From assembly GCA_964304625.1 (NCBI GenBank), contig OZ199838.1, positions 2,767,702 through 2,831,701 of the forward strand: a DNA stretch of 64,000 nt. Direction: 5' to 3'. The DNA comes from Kudoa neothunni. Lineage: Eukaryota; Animalia; Cnidaria. The translations under genes and the position numbers were made by a program. The notes beneath the pieces are model-generated. The model was not told where the DNA came from. It saw only the letters and a program-made list of their open reading frames with translations, and made no database searches. Position 1 is the stretch's first letter, and the number at the start of each line of letters is the position of its first letter. Positions 25,365-39,100 of the stretch are shown in pieces.

Positions 25365-28146
25365 ATTATATTTTTTAGCAAAAATCTGGTATGAAATATA
25401 TTACTGTTTGCTGGAAAATAATTTACATCGTTTAAAATGACAAAATTTAAAATTTTTGAATAGCATTATAATGTTATAGCGTTATAATTTGGGGTCGCTA
25501 TTTTCGACGATTATTTTTTTGTTTAACAAAATCCCCACGAAGAACTTTTCTTATCAAACAGCGAGACCGAAAGAATGCTGAGAACAATAATAGAGTCCAA
25601 ATTTTTCACAATTTTGTTATTTTTTCTACCTCTACGAAAATAACTGGCAGAAATGTGTTATGAAACGATTTTTAACGATGTTCCTTTGATTTTAATTTCT
25701 TGTAAATTCTGTTTTGTTGTAGAGATAATGTCACGTTGTAATATTTACAGGCTAATTCATCTTCCACTTTTTCTATGCCGGCCCATTCAACAATAAAACT
25801 ATCAATTTCTCTCCATTTACCAACCATTTTAAGTTTTTTGGATGATAGAGAATTTTCCCAGAAAATAAACGACGAAAATTTTTTAAAAATTTGACGACTA
25901 AAATTGATTTTAATCGAAAATTGCCATCACTAGTTAAATTCACTAAATTTATTTTTGATTAGCGCTAATGCCCAGCTTTGCCTGGCATTATGTGATGGAA
26001 AATTTGAACTTTTAATTTTATTTTTGAATGGATAAATTATACGGAATATTTAATCTAATTAACACGTTAAATACTGTAAATTTTATTTTTATATTTTAAT
26101 TGTTGATTTTAAAACTTGTAATGATGTCTACAATGTGATGATTAAGAAAAACAAAATTATGTGCGCACTTTCCATTTAAATATAAATAGAGGTATAGAGA
26201 GATGTTAATGAGTATTTTTAAATTTATTTTACAAATTATTCACCAAAAATATAACGACTTTAATTTTATGAGAAATTCAATTAACGATTAAAGTTCATTT
26301 AATTATTAAACAAAATCATTAAATAACTTAAATAGGACTTCCAGTTCTTTTCAAAATATTGGGATAACAATTAACTCTTCTTGTTATAAAATTTATTATT
26401 AGTCTACAAACGATAAAAAAATCAAATCAACCTAGGGTGCATCGGAAATAAAAATATAATTGTTACTCCATTGTTTTCAATTTTATAAATGATGTTTTAA
26501 AAAGCTATGAGTGGTAACTTAAGACGTATTCACTATTTTAACGTAATTTCCCGATTTTTTAATAAATGCAACCGTTCTTTTTAACAAAAATATATAAATT
26601 TAATCATCAAAATACGATTAAATCTAAAATGCAAAGGTGTTTTTGGTTTGAAGAATTACAGTAATGCTAAAATACTTAAATATCAACTGGTTTTCTCGAA
26701 GGAGTGCACCCTTTAAACCTAAACGTACTATTTGACTTCCATAGAAAATTTCTTTGTATCGAACTATTCTTATATTAACGAAAACTTTGTGAAAATATCG
26801 GTTAGATCAAATAGATCAATAATTTCTATCAACTTACATGACACATATTGAGAGTGGACTGTATTTTGTGTCAATGTAGTTGTGGATATAAATTCTTAAA
26901 CTACGTATAGAATGCGGTGTCGCATATTTTCATGCAGCTCTTAATCTTAATGAATTATTTTTTGCGAAAACAAAATTATATATTTATTTGAATATTAACC
27001 CTAAGGTCTGGAGTAAGGAATAATTAGGTTACTAAGAACTTAAACATTATTAATAAAGTTATCCTATCAAATATAGAAGCTTATCGAAAAGACGAATATA
27101 ATTTCAATTGATATATTTGATAAAAAGACATTTTTATTTAAGAAATTATCACAAAAATTTAATTAATTGAAAACTCTACATACATCACACATCTTACACA
27201 ATGTTTTTAGAATGCGTATGGACTCAAATTATTCCAGCATGGCAGCAACTTTAATCTCAAATTATGTGTTTAATTTAAGATGATCATAATCTTTTCGCTT
27301 AACTATATCTCTAAAGCTTGAAAAATGAAAATATATCTTAAATAATTTGGTTATGCTTCTAATTTTAAGGAAAATGCAACAACTCTTGTAAATTTGACGT
27401 TAATAATTTTAGTTGTCTTATAATTTCTCCGAACAGGCATATGTAAACTTTTTAGAACATTCTATACCATAATTAAAAGACTCTTTCTATATAGTGTGTA
27501 CAAGTTCGTTTTAATTGGCTATCAATCAGAAGTAAACAAACATCAATATTATTTAGGTATTTCTTAAAATCTGTTAATTGATGTAAACAACCAGAAAATT
27601 CCTTACTTCTGACTGCGGTATTGATTATATTTATACTTCAAAGTAGGTTACGATTTTTATTAATGGTATCATCTGTTCAAATGCAAATTAAAAGTTCTAT
27701 TTAAAAAAAGTGTCTACATGACACATGTATAGCGTACTGTTGCAAGCACACATACACTATCACTGTATATACTAGGATATATATATAAATTGACTTTTAA
27801 ATAGATAAAAATAACTATAACATTTTAAAATTAAATTGGAAAAACTGTTTGTCATGGAGGCAGGCGCAAATTTCTTTTGTTTGTTTATAATTTTAATGAA
27901 AATTGGGTATGAAAGGGTTAGTTAACAACTAGGAGCTAAAACTATGTAATAAATAAGGCGGACAATATGTATAGTTCAAAATGTAATAACCACTATTCAA
28001 TAATTCAATATAGGGTTTTCAAAGAGTCATGACTTGGGAGAAGCCTTTATTGATCTCTTTTTGCAAGAATATCACACAAAAACAAACCATTGAAATATAC
28101 AACATAACGTTTCATCTATTCATTTTCAACTAAATAAGCTATAAAT

Positions 28147-30364
28147 CTAATTGTTTTTTGTTGTTTTATTCCTGTAAAGCTTGGATTTGGCAATATTTTT
28201 GGCAACTTTTGTGCTGCCAACGCGCGTGGTATTATGTCGTGGATTCATAGAACCTGAAGTATTAGATCTGTCCCTTTTGCCGCGAATATCTAAAAATTTA
28301 TCATACGAATAAATATTAAACTTGGGTTTGGAGTTAAAGTAAAATCATGTTATAATTACCAATGGTAACTGAAGGTGGTTTTGAAAATCCAAACGAGAAA
28401 CAAATCCGAGCCAAGTCAATTCGGTTGACATTAAAAATTTCTTTATTCGAATGACTTGCGTAAGCGTTAATATAAGAACGAAAGGCATCCTTTGCCGATT
28501 TGTTAAGGTAGTAATTGGAAGAGATCAATTTTTCCAGCTATCAACAAAAATAGACAACACACTAACCAACGATATGAAACCCACTTGATCTTGTATATCA
28601 AACAGATTGGATTTCTTAAAGTCGTACTCGGTGAATGGTACTTTCATTGTGGCCAAGTATTGCACAAACGGTAACTCCTCCACAAGAAGAAACATAACAG
28701 CTTTTCCCTTGGAGTTGATCCCACGAGCAGTACGACCAACACGATGAATATACTCCTTGGGATCGTCTGGAGGGTCATATTGTAAAATCCAATCAACTTC
28801 AGGAATATCCAGACCTCTGGCGGCCACATCCGTACACAAAAGTACACCAGTTTTGGCCGCACAAAATTGCATAAATGTGGATGTTCTCTTTTGTTGCTTT
28901 TGTTTACCCTAAAAATTGAAGCACATACATAATTTCTCTCAAAACTAAAACAACCCACATGAATATCCATCACTGGGGTGTCTATATAGTTGAGTAGTTC
29001 GGAGTAGAATTCCACAGCTTTACATGACGAGAAAAATACCATCACTTTACGATTTTTATTTCGCTTCAAAAATGTGAACAACATAAGAAATCGTTTCTCC
29101 GGTGGCACAACAATATAGCCTTGCTCCAAAGTTTCCACAGTTGAGGTGGGTTTGTCATCATCCACTCCAACATACATAGGATGTTTGTTAAGGGATAGTC
29201 TTGCCAATTCCATAACATTTTTAGTCTGAGTGGCTGAAAACAAAACTGTTTGACGCGCTTTCGGTAAATAATTGATTATTTGTCGCATTTCTTCCTCAAA
29301 CCCAATTTCCAGTATTCGATCGGTTTCGTCAATAATCAAACATTTCAAGTTTTTAAAATTGAACCCCTCAGTATTCTATTATGTTCACAATAAATCAACT
29401 CATTTATAAACATGCACTTGTATATGATCCAACAATCTACCAGGTGTAGCAACCAATAGGTTGATTCCTTTCCTCAATTTTTCCTGCTCAGCTGATCTAT
29501 TCGCACCACCCATAACTATACCGAATGTGTGGCGATGATATTGTAATAAATCGCATGTTACACCATAAGTTTGAAGTGATAGCTCACGTGTCGGTGATAT
29601 AATAATAACACCGGTACCTACAATAAGATTATATTATTTGGTGTTGTTCTTGTGAGTTTGGCCGATAAAACAGTTGTAACCAAAGCATTTTATTACCATT
29701 TCTAGGCATAAAATTCATTTTGTACAACAATTCCACAGCAGGAATCAAAAATGCTAACGTTTTTCCACTACCCGTTTTGGCAGCACCCATCACATCTCTA
29801 TTACATTTAATGATAATTGATGGATAAAAATTTAATAATAGAATGAAAAATAAACCCACTTTCCAGCCAGTAGTGGAACCACAGTTTTGTATTGAATTTC
29901 CGTCATCTCTTCAAACCCCATACTTTCTACTGCTTTTAATGTGGAATTTGATATTAACTCTTTCAGCGAGTCAAATCTCTTGGATTCCGGCAAGAAAACA
30001 CCTTTTTAATCGGAATTCAACATTACATTACATGAGAAATCTACGGATAACCTTTTTCAATAAGATCCAATGCTGCTGTCATTTTCGACTCAACCTCATT
30101 TTGATCTAATACAATTTTAAATAACTTCTTATCAATAAGATTCCAAAATAAACCTTGGCTCTGTTCATGGATGACTGCTTCTGCTTCTGCTGCTATTGAT
30201 GATGATTGTTTTAATGGTAGCAATTTTTCCACATCTAAATATTGGTCAAGATTTTTCGAACAAATTTGAAAACCTTTATCCTCGGCTTGAGCTTTCTTAT
30301 TGTTTTTTATTTCTTCTCGTAATTTCTTCAATTTTTTTAGTCGTCTGACTGAAGCGCTATCCAT
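28147..30364 (-). CDS. DDX18: ATP-dependent RNA helicase DDX18/Has1, multi-exon
   Basis: Motifs [84 protein letters not shown], and the C-terminal [15 protein letters not shown]...FGFSKPP typical of Has1/DDX18. Confidence 0.95.
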
Positions 30365-30559
30365 AATGCCAACTAACACTGCGTGCGCGTGTATTTTGCC
30401 ACATCGCGTGGTGAAGTGTTATTTTCACATTATGTAGTTGTTATCAGATCCAGTTGATAATTTTTTTTAATTTCCCCATTAAATGCCTAACCTCGCATAT
30501 AATTTTCATTAGCCCTCGTATGCGGTTGGTGGCTTTTTCTGGTAAAAATGATTCCTCCT

Positions 30560-31410
30560 GTGAAGAAGTTAAAAACGTATTATATTCTGAAGGTGCTCGA
30601 ATAAAATTTATTTTTAACAAAGGATTAATGAAAAAGCTAAGTTAATTCTTTTATTACAGTAACGTTGGATTGTTTGTGACTCGTAAACAATGATGTTGTA
30701 AAAAATGAGTGCAGGAATAAGGTGGCCTTTCACTGCCACTTTCTTTGCTTTATGCAAGATACAAATAAAGTGAGTGATCGAATTTTCTTACTATTGGTTG
30801 GCAGGAGAAAAATCAACACACTTCGCGTTTATAACCGGCCACACAACGAACATTTGTTCTAGTTACCATATGTATTTAAGACAACTTCGATTTCGACATC
30901 ATAATAATAGGAGGTCATTGTGTAATTTTTGAAATTATTGAATCAGATTCGACCAAAATAAATATCATCGTGGACGTTTTGTTAATGATGAACGAATCCT
31001 CGGTGGAGTTGAAGGAAAGGAGGATCTATTTTATGGATGTCTTTGAGATAAAATCGGCGACCTTAATTTCCATTATTGAAAAATATGTTCGAGAAGACTC
31101 AGTAATTATAACAGATTGTTTCTTGAGCTTTGATAATCTCCACTGATATTATCATCATCTCTAAGTCAAACAGTACAAAATTTGTTGATTCTGTGACTGG
31201 TTTTCACACAAATACCATCGAAGAAATTTAAAATGCAATAAAATTTCGCCATTCTCCTAGAAACCTAACGTCATCTGTCATTGATGACGAAGAAATTGTT
31301 CAAATTTCGTTATATGAGTTTTTGTTTGAATTTCAATGAAAGCTAAAAAATAATACCAACTCTTGGAGAAAGTTTTTGAACTTACTTAGAATTGTTCATT
31401 ACATTTACAA
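30560..31410 (+). mobile_element. Decayed Merlin/ISXO2 (IS1595-family) transposase
   Basis: Remnants IIIGGHCVIFEIIES, KYHRGR, ILGGVE, SATLISIIEKYVREDSVIITDC, FVDSVTGFHTNTIE and EFLFEFQ, interrupted by stops and frameshifts. Termini not identified. Confidence 0.85.
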
Positions 31411-33158
31411 AATTATATAATATTTTTCTATTTTATAATTCGATATTAAATAGAAGGATACGGTCTTCTGTTCAGTCATTAATAACTAGTAACTAATGTT
31501 ATGCACATTATTCCCACTGTTGCATCAAGCGACATTAGACGTCTCTATACTGCATTAAATTCAAAAAATCATTTTAAGTATTAACGTTAGGAAATTTTGT
31601 TTTTTTAAGATTTTTAATTCCTGTATCATTAAATAGGTTTTAAATCGGCCTACAATTGTAACATTATTATATATTTCGATGTTGATATCGTTATTTGGTA
31701 CCTTTTTACATTAGGTTTTTATTATTTTTTACATTAGGTGACTGATTTTTAAATTTCTATGTTACACGCGAACGTTTGAAACCGAATTAAAATGACTTAA
31801 TGACTACTTCACACAATTTAATTCATTATTCTTTTCTTTATTACGTCCACGTATTCTAATTGATTTTTTATTATAATCAGTTATTTTTAATCGAATTATA
31901 TGATCATTTTGTCTAGTTTGTCAATGATTGGGGAATTTTTGGTATTTTTAAAACAGCTGTAGTTTCCTTGAAAACAAACCAACAAGACATTTTGCGATTT
32001 ATCTCTCATAGTAAATCTAAATAAATTTTTATGCTTATCCAAAACTCTCTGGTCCATGTTACTCTCTTGAATATCATTATAAAATTTAAATTAGCTATTT
32101 TATTCTCATCATATTTATTTGTAGCGCTCTTAAAAATTAATTTTTATTTAGATTATATATTTTATTCTGAATATAATTTCTAGTGATATTTTTTGATTAT
32201 TCATGGATCCTGATTCATCTCTTAGGAATTCTTTTAAAAATAAAATACGACAACATTAAAAATTGATCGTTTGAAGTTGTTTCAAAGTCACGTGGATTCT
32301 TTTCACCAATCTATAAATGTATACAATCAATAAAATTGCTTACACAGTTATGTATTTTTAAGATTCGGAATCAATCTATAACTAAACATATAAATTGGTG
32401 TTTGTAATATCTATTAGGATTTTAGATATTTGTTTATTATCATAAAATTTTTTATATATTGTTAAATAAAAATATGTAAAACGCTAAGAAAATTAAATAC
32501 TCTCAATACATGATAAATTTAACTTATCAACATAGCGCCAATATGAACGGATTAGTATAATGCTATCTGGCTAACTTTGATGAATATCAAACAAATAATT
32601 GTAATGGAACCTTATTTCACCTTGTAATGTTTTAATCATTTCAACTAATTTGAATATAAAAATGTTAAGTGAACATATGAAAAACTGATAAGATAACAAT
32701 TATAACGAATAAAATGCCACGTGACTTAAAATGTGTCCAATTTTTCTTTGAAAAATTATAGTAATTATTTTTTAATGTAAAAAATAGCGTTGATTTTTTG
32801 GATAATATACAAAATTAGAATTCATAATTCATAACACATTTTCGATTATCAAGAAAGGTAATTTTTGAATAAGAGATACACTCCATTTAGGACAAGGAAG
32901 TATTAAGATCTGCTAGATTAAATCATTACAGGATGAAAAAGCTGATAGATACTTCAAATAAATTAATAATTAATGATCAATTTAAGAAAAATTTTGAAAA
33001 TTCGTAATAGAAGGAATAAAACTTATTGGTGATAATTCTATTATTATACATAAAAATAATTTAAGACTTTAGAACTTCAAATTTTACTCAAACCATAGTT
33101 AACAAGTACTCAAGAAAAATATGAAAAAATAGAAATGCATTATTATTAGAGATATCTA

Positions 33159-36100
33159 TCAAGATGTCTCTTCAACAGTATTTGTCAAAGAAGATTCTGA
33201 TTTAGCATTGGGGAGGTTTTTGGCAGGGTTCGGAGGAGAATAGCTTAGGAGTCGGTCAGCAAAATCTTTGTATGATAGAACTTCTGCGTAACGTTGTATA
33301 AAATTCTTGATGTATTTTTCTCTATCTTCACATCTAAAATGAATCGCTCTCACAAATCCGTACACTATACAACATCCGATGAAACAAATACATGTGTTTG
33401 TACAAAGAATTAGATTTTCTAATGATGGAGGACACACACAAGCATGTCTGAATGATGAGATTGGCGAGATTGTCGAATCCAACCATAGCACCGTCATACA
33501 ACGGTCCAGTAATGGTGATGTGAGGTCTTTTAAGCATTTGAATTCGAAACAAGGAATTTTTCATTGGATATATCACTATAATCAAATCACCGAATTCAGT
33601 GTTGATTATACCACGTCGGAAGGGTCTTTCATTTTCCGACCATACAATGTGTATTTCATCATTACCGAGATGACGCATCTAAACAATTAAAATTAGTCTT
33701 TTCAGTTATAATTCAATCGTATCTGTATAAATTCAACGACAACTGATCTAGCCTTCTATTACCTTAGTGATGATGCCATTGTTTTCAGACACTGGTAGTT
33801 TGGTGGAAACATGGTAGATAATTTCGGTGGATACATTCGAATAGTAGATGGCAGATTTGCCTGTGGTGTTATTGCGTTCAAGACCTCCCAAAAAGCCAGG
33901 ATGTTTCGACAATTCTATTTCCCAACCAAGTTCTCTCACAAACTGTTCATATCGTTCGCTGCCTTGGGTGTTGCTAAGAATGGAGATTTTATCTTCTTGG
34001 TTCTGTCCCACGTAGAACACAGCGAGCTTGTAGGTTTCACGACTTCAATTCAAAACTATTAGCAACTACAATCAACTAAAAGCACATTACATTGGACGTT
34101 TATCTAATTCCTTCAGTTCACTCCAAAGTCGAGGAGTATTTTTAAGATAGCTGATTTGGTTGGTGGCGTCAGGACTTAAGAAGCCCATATTCATAAGAAA
34201 ATCTCTTGCAATTTTGAAAGTGTGTTTTCTATTGGGTTGGTTCTTGAAAAAGTTGCAACTTTCATCACAATGCTGTCCATCGGTTGTGTAGACCAGATCA
34301 TCCAACTTATTGAACATGTCATCAAGAGCGATATTAGGATCGATGGGACATTGAAAAATACCAAACTAAATAACAAACGCACTCAAAATAAATCAACAAA
34401 TTAAAGAAATTTCTGGTTGATAAACAGATATAAAAAAGATGAGTACACTTACATCTTCCATGAGTTTTCTAACCAAAAATTGATTGCTGATATTTTTTTG
34501 GCGTAGGTATTTGTTGATGTCGTCTCTCATGCCTCTGGTTTTATCGGTGTATTTTTGGATGGCCTAAACAAATCATAAAAAATCTAAATAATTCAGAATC
34601 AAATAACAATTTCCAATGGATCACAAGACTCTTCGTGTTTATGATGTAGATATTCGAATAGAGTGCGACGTTCGGCGGGTAATACTGGAATAAGTAGTAA
34701 ATCAAATCATTATCAACAATCTCAACCATTACCTGTCTCGTCTATCACATCTGGCTCTTCATCTTCAACGGCTCTTATTTTCCAGACAAACTTTCCTCGA
34801 ATAGACCGCACAATAAATGTGGCATAATGTTTAGAAAGCGAATTCTCATCAGAACAAGTCTCTTCTGCAATCGTCAAAATGGTCTCTTCGTTTATTCCAA
34901 ACGAGACGGTAGGGATCGAACTGTAATAACTTTTATCCGTGTCATTAATCATACAGCTAGTAGAGCAAGGTCCAAAAGGCAAGGGGAATTGACTTCGATA
35001 AATAACCAACATAGACATCACCTATATAATTGATAATTGTTATTTAAACTAAAATACACTACGAAACGTACATATTTGCACGAGCATATAATCATCTGTT
35101 CCTTGAAATGAGTGACAGTATTTTCATCGAGTTGATCGCAGGCGAAAGTGACAGCACTAGTAGATATAGTTTGATTTTTAGTTTCATCGATGCTATCAAA
35201 ATTTAGGTAGTTGGATGGTGAGTTCGAGTTTGATATAGCTGGGTCAACAGGCTTAATTTTGAGTGGTTCACCCTGATAGATCTCACTCAACACAACATAA
35301 CCCGCATTGAAATATTGGCTTGATTTCGAACCGTTGATGTACACATAGAGAGTCTTATACATGCATTTAAACTCAAACAAGCATCAACAAATACCTCATG
35401 GAAATCGCCTATGAAATCATGGAATGATTTTTGATTCTTAAAATCAGCCGGCTGAATATTTGTGATTAAATTTACAAATGATATAATCAGCTCTGAAATA
35501 TACTAAAAAGAGATTTAAAATAATTGAGATAGATAATTCAACAACGTTGTATTAGACTATTCGTTTGAATTTTATTTTTAGATTAACATTTTATATTTTC
35601 ATGGGTAAATTTAGTAATTTGTAAAAATTATATGTCATTGATTCAGATTAAAATTAAATTAACAATTCGTACATCTTAGGATATTAAAATGTTAGGAGTT
35701 ATCGCTGATCTAAATGAAATTTTCAAAAAATTTATTCAAACTTAATTTTTGAACAAGAATAGTCTGCCACTCGATGAACAAAAAGTGGATACATTGTAAT
35801 AGGTTGGGTCTAAATTGGTCGAATTGATAAGGAAATAAAAGTTGGCTTTAAGTGCTTTCAACATTTTCTATTAAAAACCATGTAATGATAAAATATCATT
35901 TTATTACCGTGGCTATAATTGAAAAAATATGGGGATTAATGAATTTTAATTTGTCTATCACCGTGTGAATAGTAAGCAAATTAGATAAAGCTATTCTGCA
36001 CACTAAACTGTTGTTAATTTTGAGATGGAGCAGAAGAATAGCGATTGATCGTTGAATAATTTGGTTGGGGTTGGTTTGCGAGTGGGCATGACTAAGGACA

Positions 36101-39100
36101 AGTTGTACAAGTGTATTGAGTGCTATCACCCTATTTAAAACAATTGTCACTTTTTGTGAAAGATATAAAAACATACCTATAGTATGAACTGTATTCACAA
36201 AGTGAAACAGTGGTGATAAGTTTTGTCAGCTGTAAACACAACACTCTTAGTGGGAGGAAAGGTTTGGTTGAGTCGAGTTCCAATCCACGTCCACACTCAA
36301 CAAAAATATTTGTGGGAATTTCGACCTCACCAAATTCCTCCACATACTGATACATATTACAAAGTAGTAGAATCATTTGAGGGCACGACACCTAAATGCA
36401 ATATAGCAATATACACTATGATGTATTAGGTTAGTTTTATAGGGCTGAGATAAATGAAGTAGTGTGTACTTGTTTGTAATTGTTGGCAAACGAATAATAC
36501 TCGTAGAGAGCTTTATAAAAGTACGGAATCAATATGGTGATACCGTCTATCTCATAGAAGAACAGGGTGGATGAAAACTTCAGCAGTTCATCAATAATAC
36601 TCTTGAAAATATAAATACATTTAGAAAAAACGATAAAAACGCAGAAATAGAATACTTGATCACCATTTTTAAAAATATAAATAATAACATCAAAAAAACA
36701 CAGAATGTAATCGTCGGAAAGCGGAATATAAGGGTAATCTTTGCAGGTGGAATGCAGCAGAAATTGTAACGCCATAATGTATGAATCTTTGTAGTTGGAA
36801 TTGTAATTTTTGAGATACTAAGAAAATAATTAATTGTTTTGATTTATTCTTGTAGGTATTATACTTTAAAAATAGTTGTCGAAAAATAAAAAATAGGAGG
36901 AATTAACTGGGGCATTTTAGGGGTGAATTTATTATCATCTGATATAGCTTGATTACAGTGTACCTATTTAAACATATGACCAACTAAAATTTAATCTAGT
37001 TAGTACTGCATGCAATTTGTTCCAAATATTAAAGTAGGTTGAAATAACAATTTTTCGATAGTTTTCATTGTCAATCTCATCCAAAGGACCAACAATGAAC
37101 ATAAAATTACACCATAATTGAGGCACCAGATTAATTTTCCAATTGGAATTGATATTTTCTTCGTAACTATTATCCACCAAATCAAAATTGGAATGGTACG
37201 CTTCTTTGTTGGCCGAATGGTCCGCAATGTTATTAGTAATGCCGGGAATATCGATAGATGTGGTGGAAGGAGATTTACTGCCAGGCCATTTGTAGAGACC
37301 TTGGTTCAAAAAGTCGCAAAATCCACCTTCTTCGTTCACTTTTTGAAGACTAACAGTGGTAGTATCACAAGTTAAGGTAGAGGTTGTATCTTGATAGCTG
37401 GTTTTGGTATCGGTAGTATCACTGCTTGAATTGGGTTTATCGAATTCGTTTGAAACTAAACATCAAAATATAATTCAACTCATAACAAGTTAACATTTCA
37501 ATAAACGCTTCCTTAATCCAATGGGGCTTTATTCTTTGTGTAAAATGAGGTAGACTTTACGAAGAATTTGAAAATAATTATTGATAATTTCAAGTAGATT
37601 AAATTGTCATTTCACTTTATAAATTAAACATTTTGATATACTTTTTATTTAGATTATCAATCGTTGACTAAATTATATCTTAAATTATTGAATAAAAATT
37701 TCATTTTGAATTTATTTCTTAAACATGTTCTCATATATTAACTAATTTATGTTGCTGCGATTATTTCAGAGTTTATTTATTTAAATTGGAAATGAATATT
37801 AAAAAATATTCTTCGCAATTTTTAATTACTTATCAATAAATCAAAAGGTAATCGAGCGAATACTTCTAAGAAATATTTTTGTTTAAGCTAAATACATTAA
37901 CTTAAAAATAACTAGATTTATAATAAAAATTTTTCTACATATTCATTGCAAGTCCTCACACCCATAGTTAAGAAACGTGGACTTATGAGGATTCGTGATG
38001 AATTAGAGGTTTTACTGTTATGTAATGAGCTTGTGTCGCCAGTGGAAAATCCAATATTTGGCAGACTGGAGTCAGTTAGGTTCCTGCTTGCAGTAGAGAC
38101 TAAATATGAGATTGATTTAAGGACATTTAAAAACCACTGCCACTTACAATTATCTTTTGCTTTTAATGTCGTGTTTGAATAGTTGATGTTTTCTGTTGTT
38201 TTCTCAGCAGTCTCATTGTACGGCGATAATGACGCATCAGATTTATCCACTATATCTTTGATTTTGCTGAACTGAGTCATAAAAGCTCTACTCAATGTTG
38301 CGCTTGGCGAGCAATTCCTCTTCGCTTTCGAGCGTGATTTCAATTCATTGTTATCGAGGTTTTTTCTTCCTGCTCGTCGATCTTTTACTCTCATCAACGG
38401 CAGGTCGTAAAAATCAATCCCATACAGTGTGATACACAAAATCCAAGTTAATTTTTCACAAGATTCCTATATTCATATACATATATAGACCATCGAACAC
38501 GATCTCAATTTAATTATAGGTCAAAATGCTAAAAATTACACCCCATACACTCAGCGCATAGTTCTTAAATTTGCACTCTTTAAAAAAGTTGTACAATCTT
38601 GTCCAACGGTCGCAAGATATCGCTTCAATACAACTAGCTCTTATCCAAGTGATCAAATAGGTCTAGAAAAATTAATAAAAATGAAATGTAACCAGTATAT
38701 GAATAATCGAACCAATAAGGAGGCATTACATTCATCATATACACATAAAGAGACGAATATTCCTCTGATGAGTTGACGTGTAGAGAACCAGGGAACACTT
38801 CGCTTGCCATATAATTCAATATATCCAGCAAATAATTCCTAACCAACACATCAAAAAAACGCCACTTCTGATAACCTACCAGTTGTACGCGGTTAGAATG
38901 TTCTCGTTGGTGGACACGAAAAATCGTATTATACGAAGTACAACTTTCCCATATTCTAACTGTTTATTAAATTAATGACATAATCAAAAATTTTATGAAA
39001 ATTTCAGCTAACTAAAAATCAACCCCCTAAAAATAGCAAACATTTGATACTTTAAACTATTTGTAATATACGAGAGTAATTTACATGGAATAATTAATTA

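Noticed and set aside
26433-26712. Possible Tc1/mariner MITE (AGGGTGCA...TGCACCCT)
   Set aside because: The inverted match is only about 8 bp, which is insufficient.
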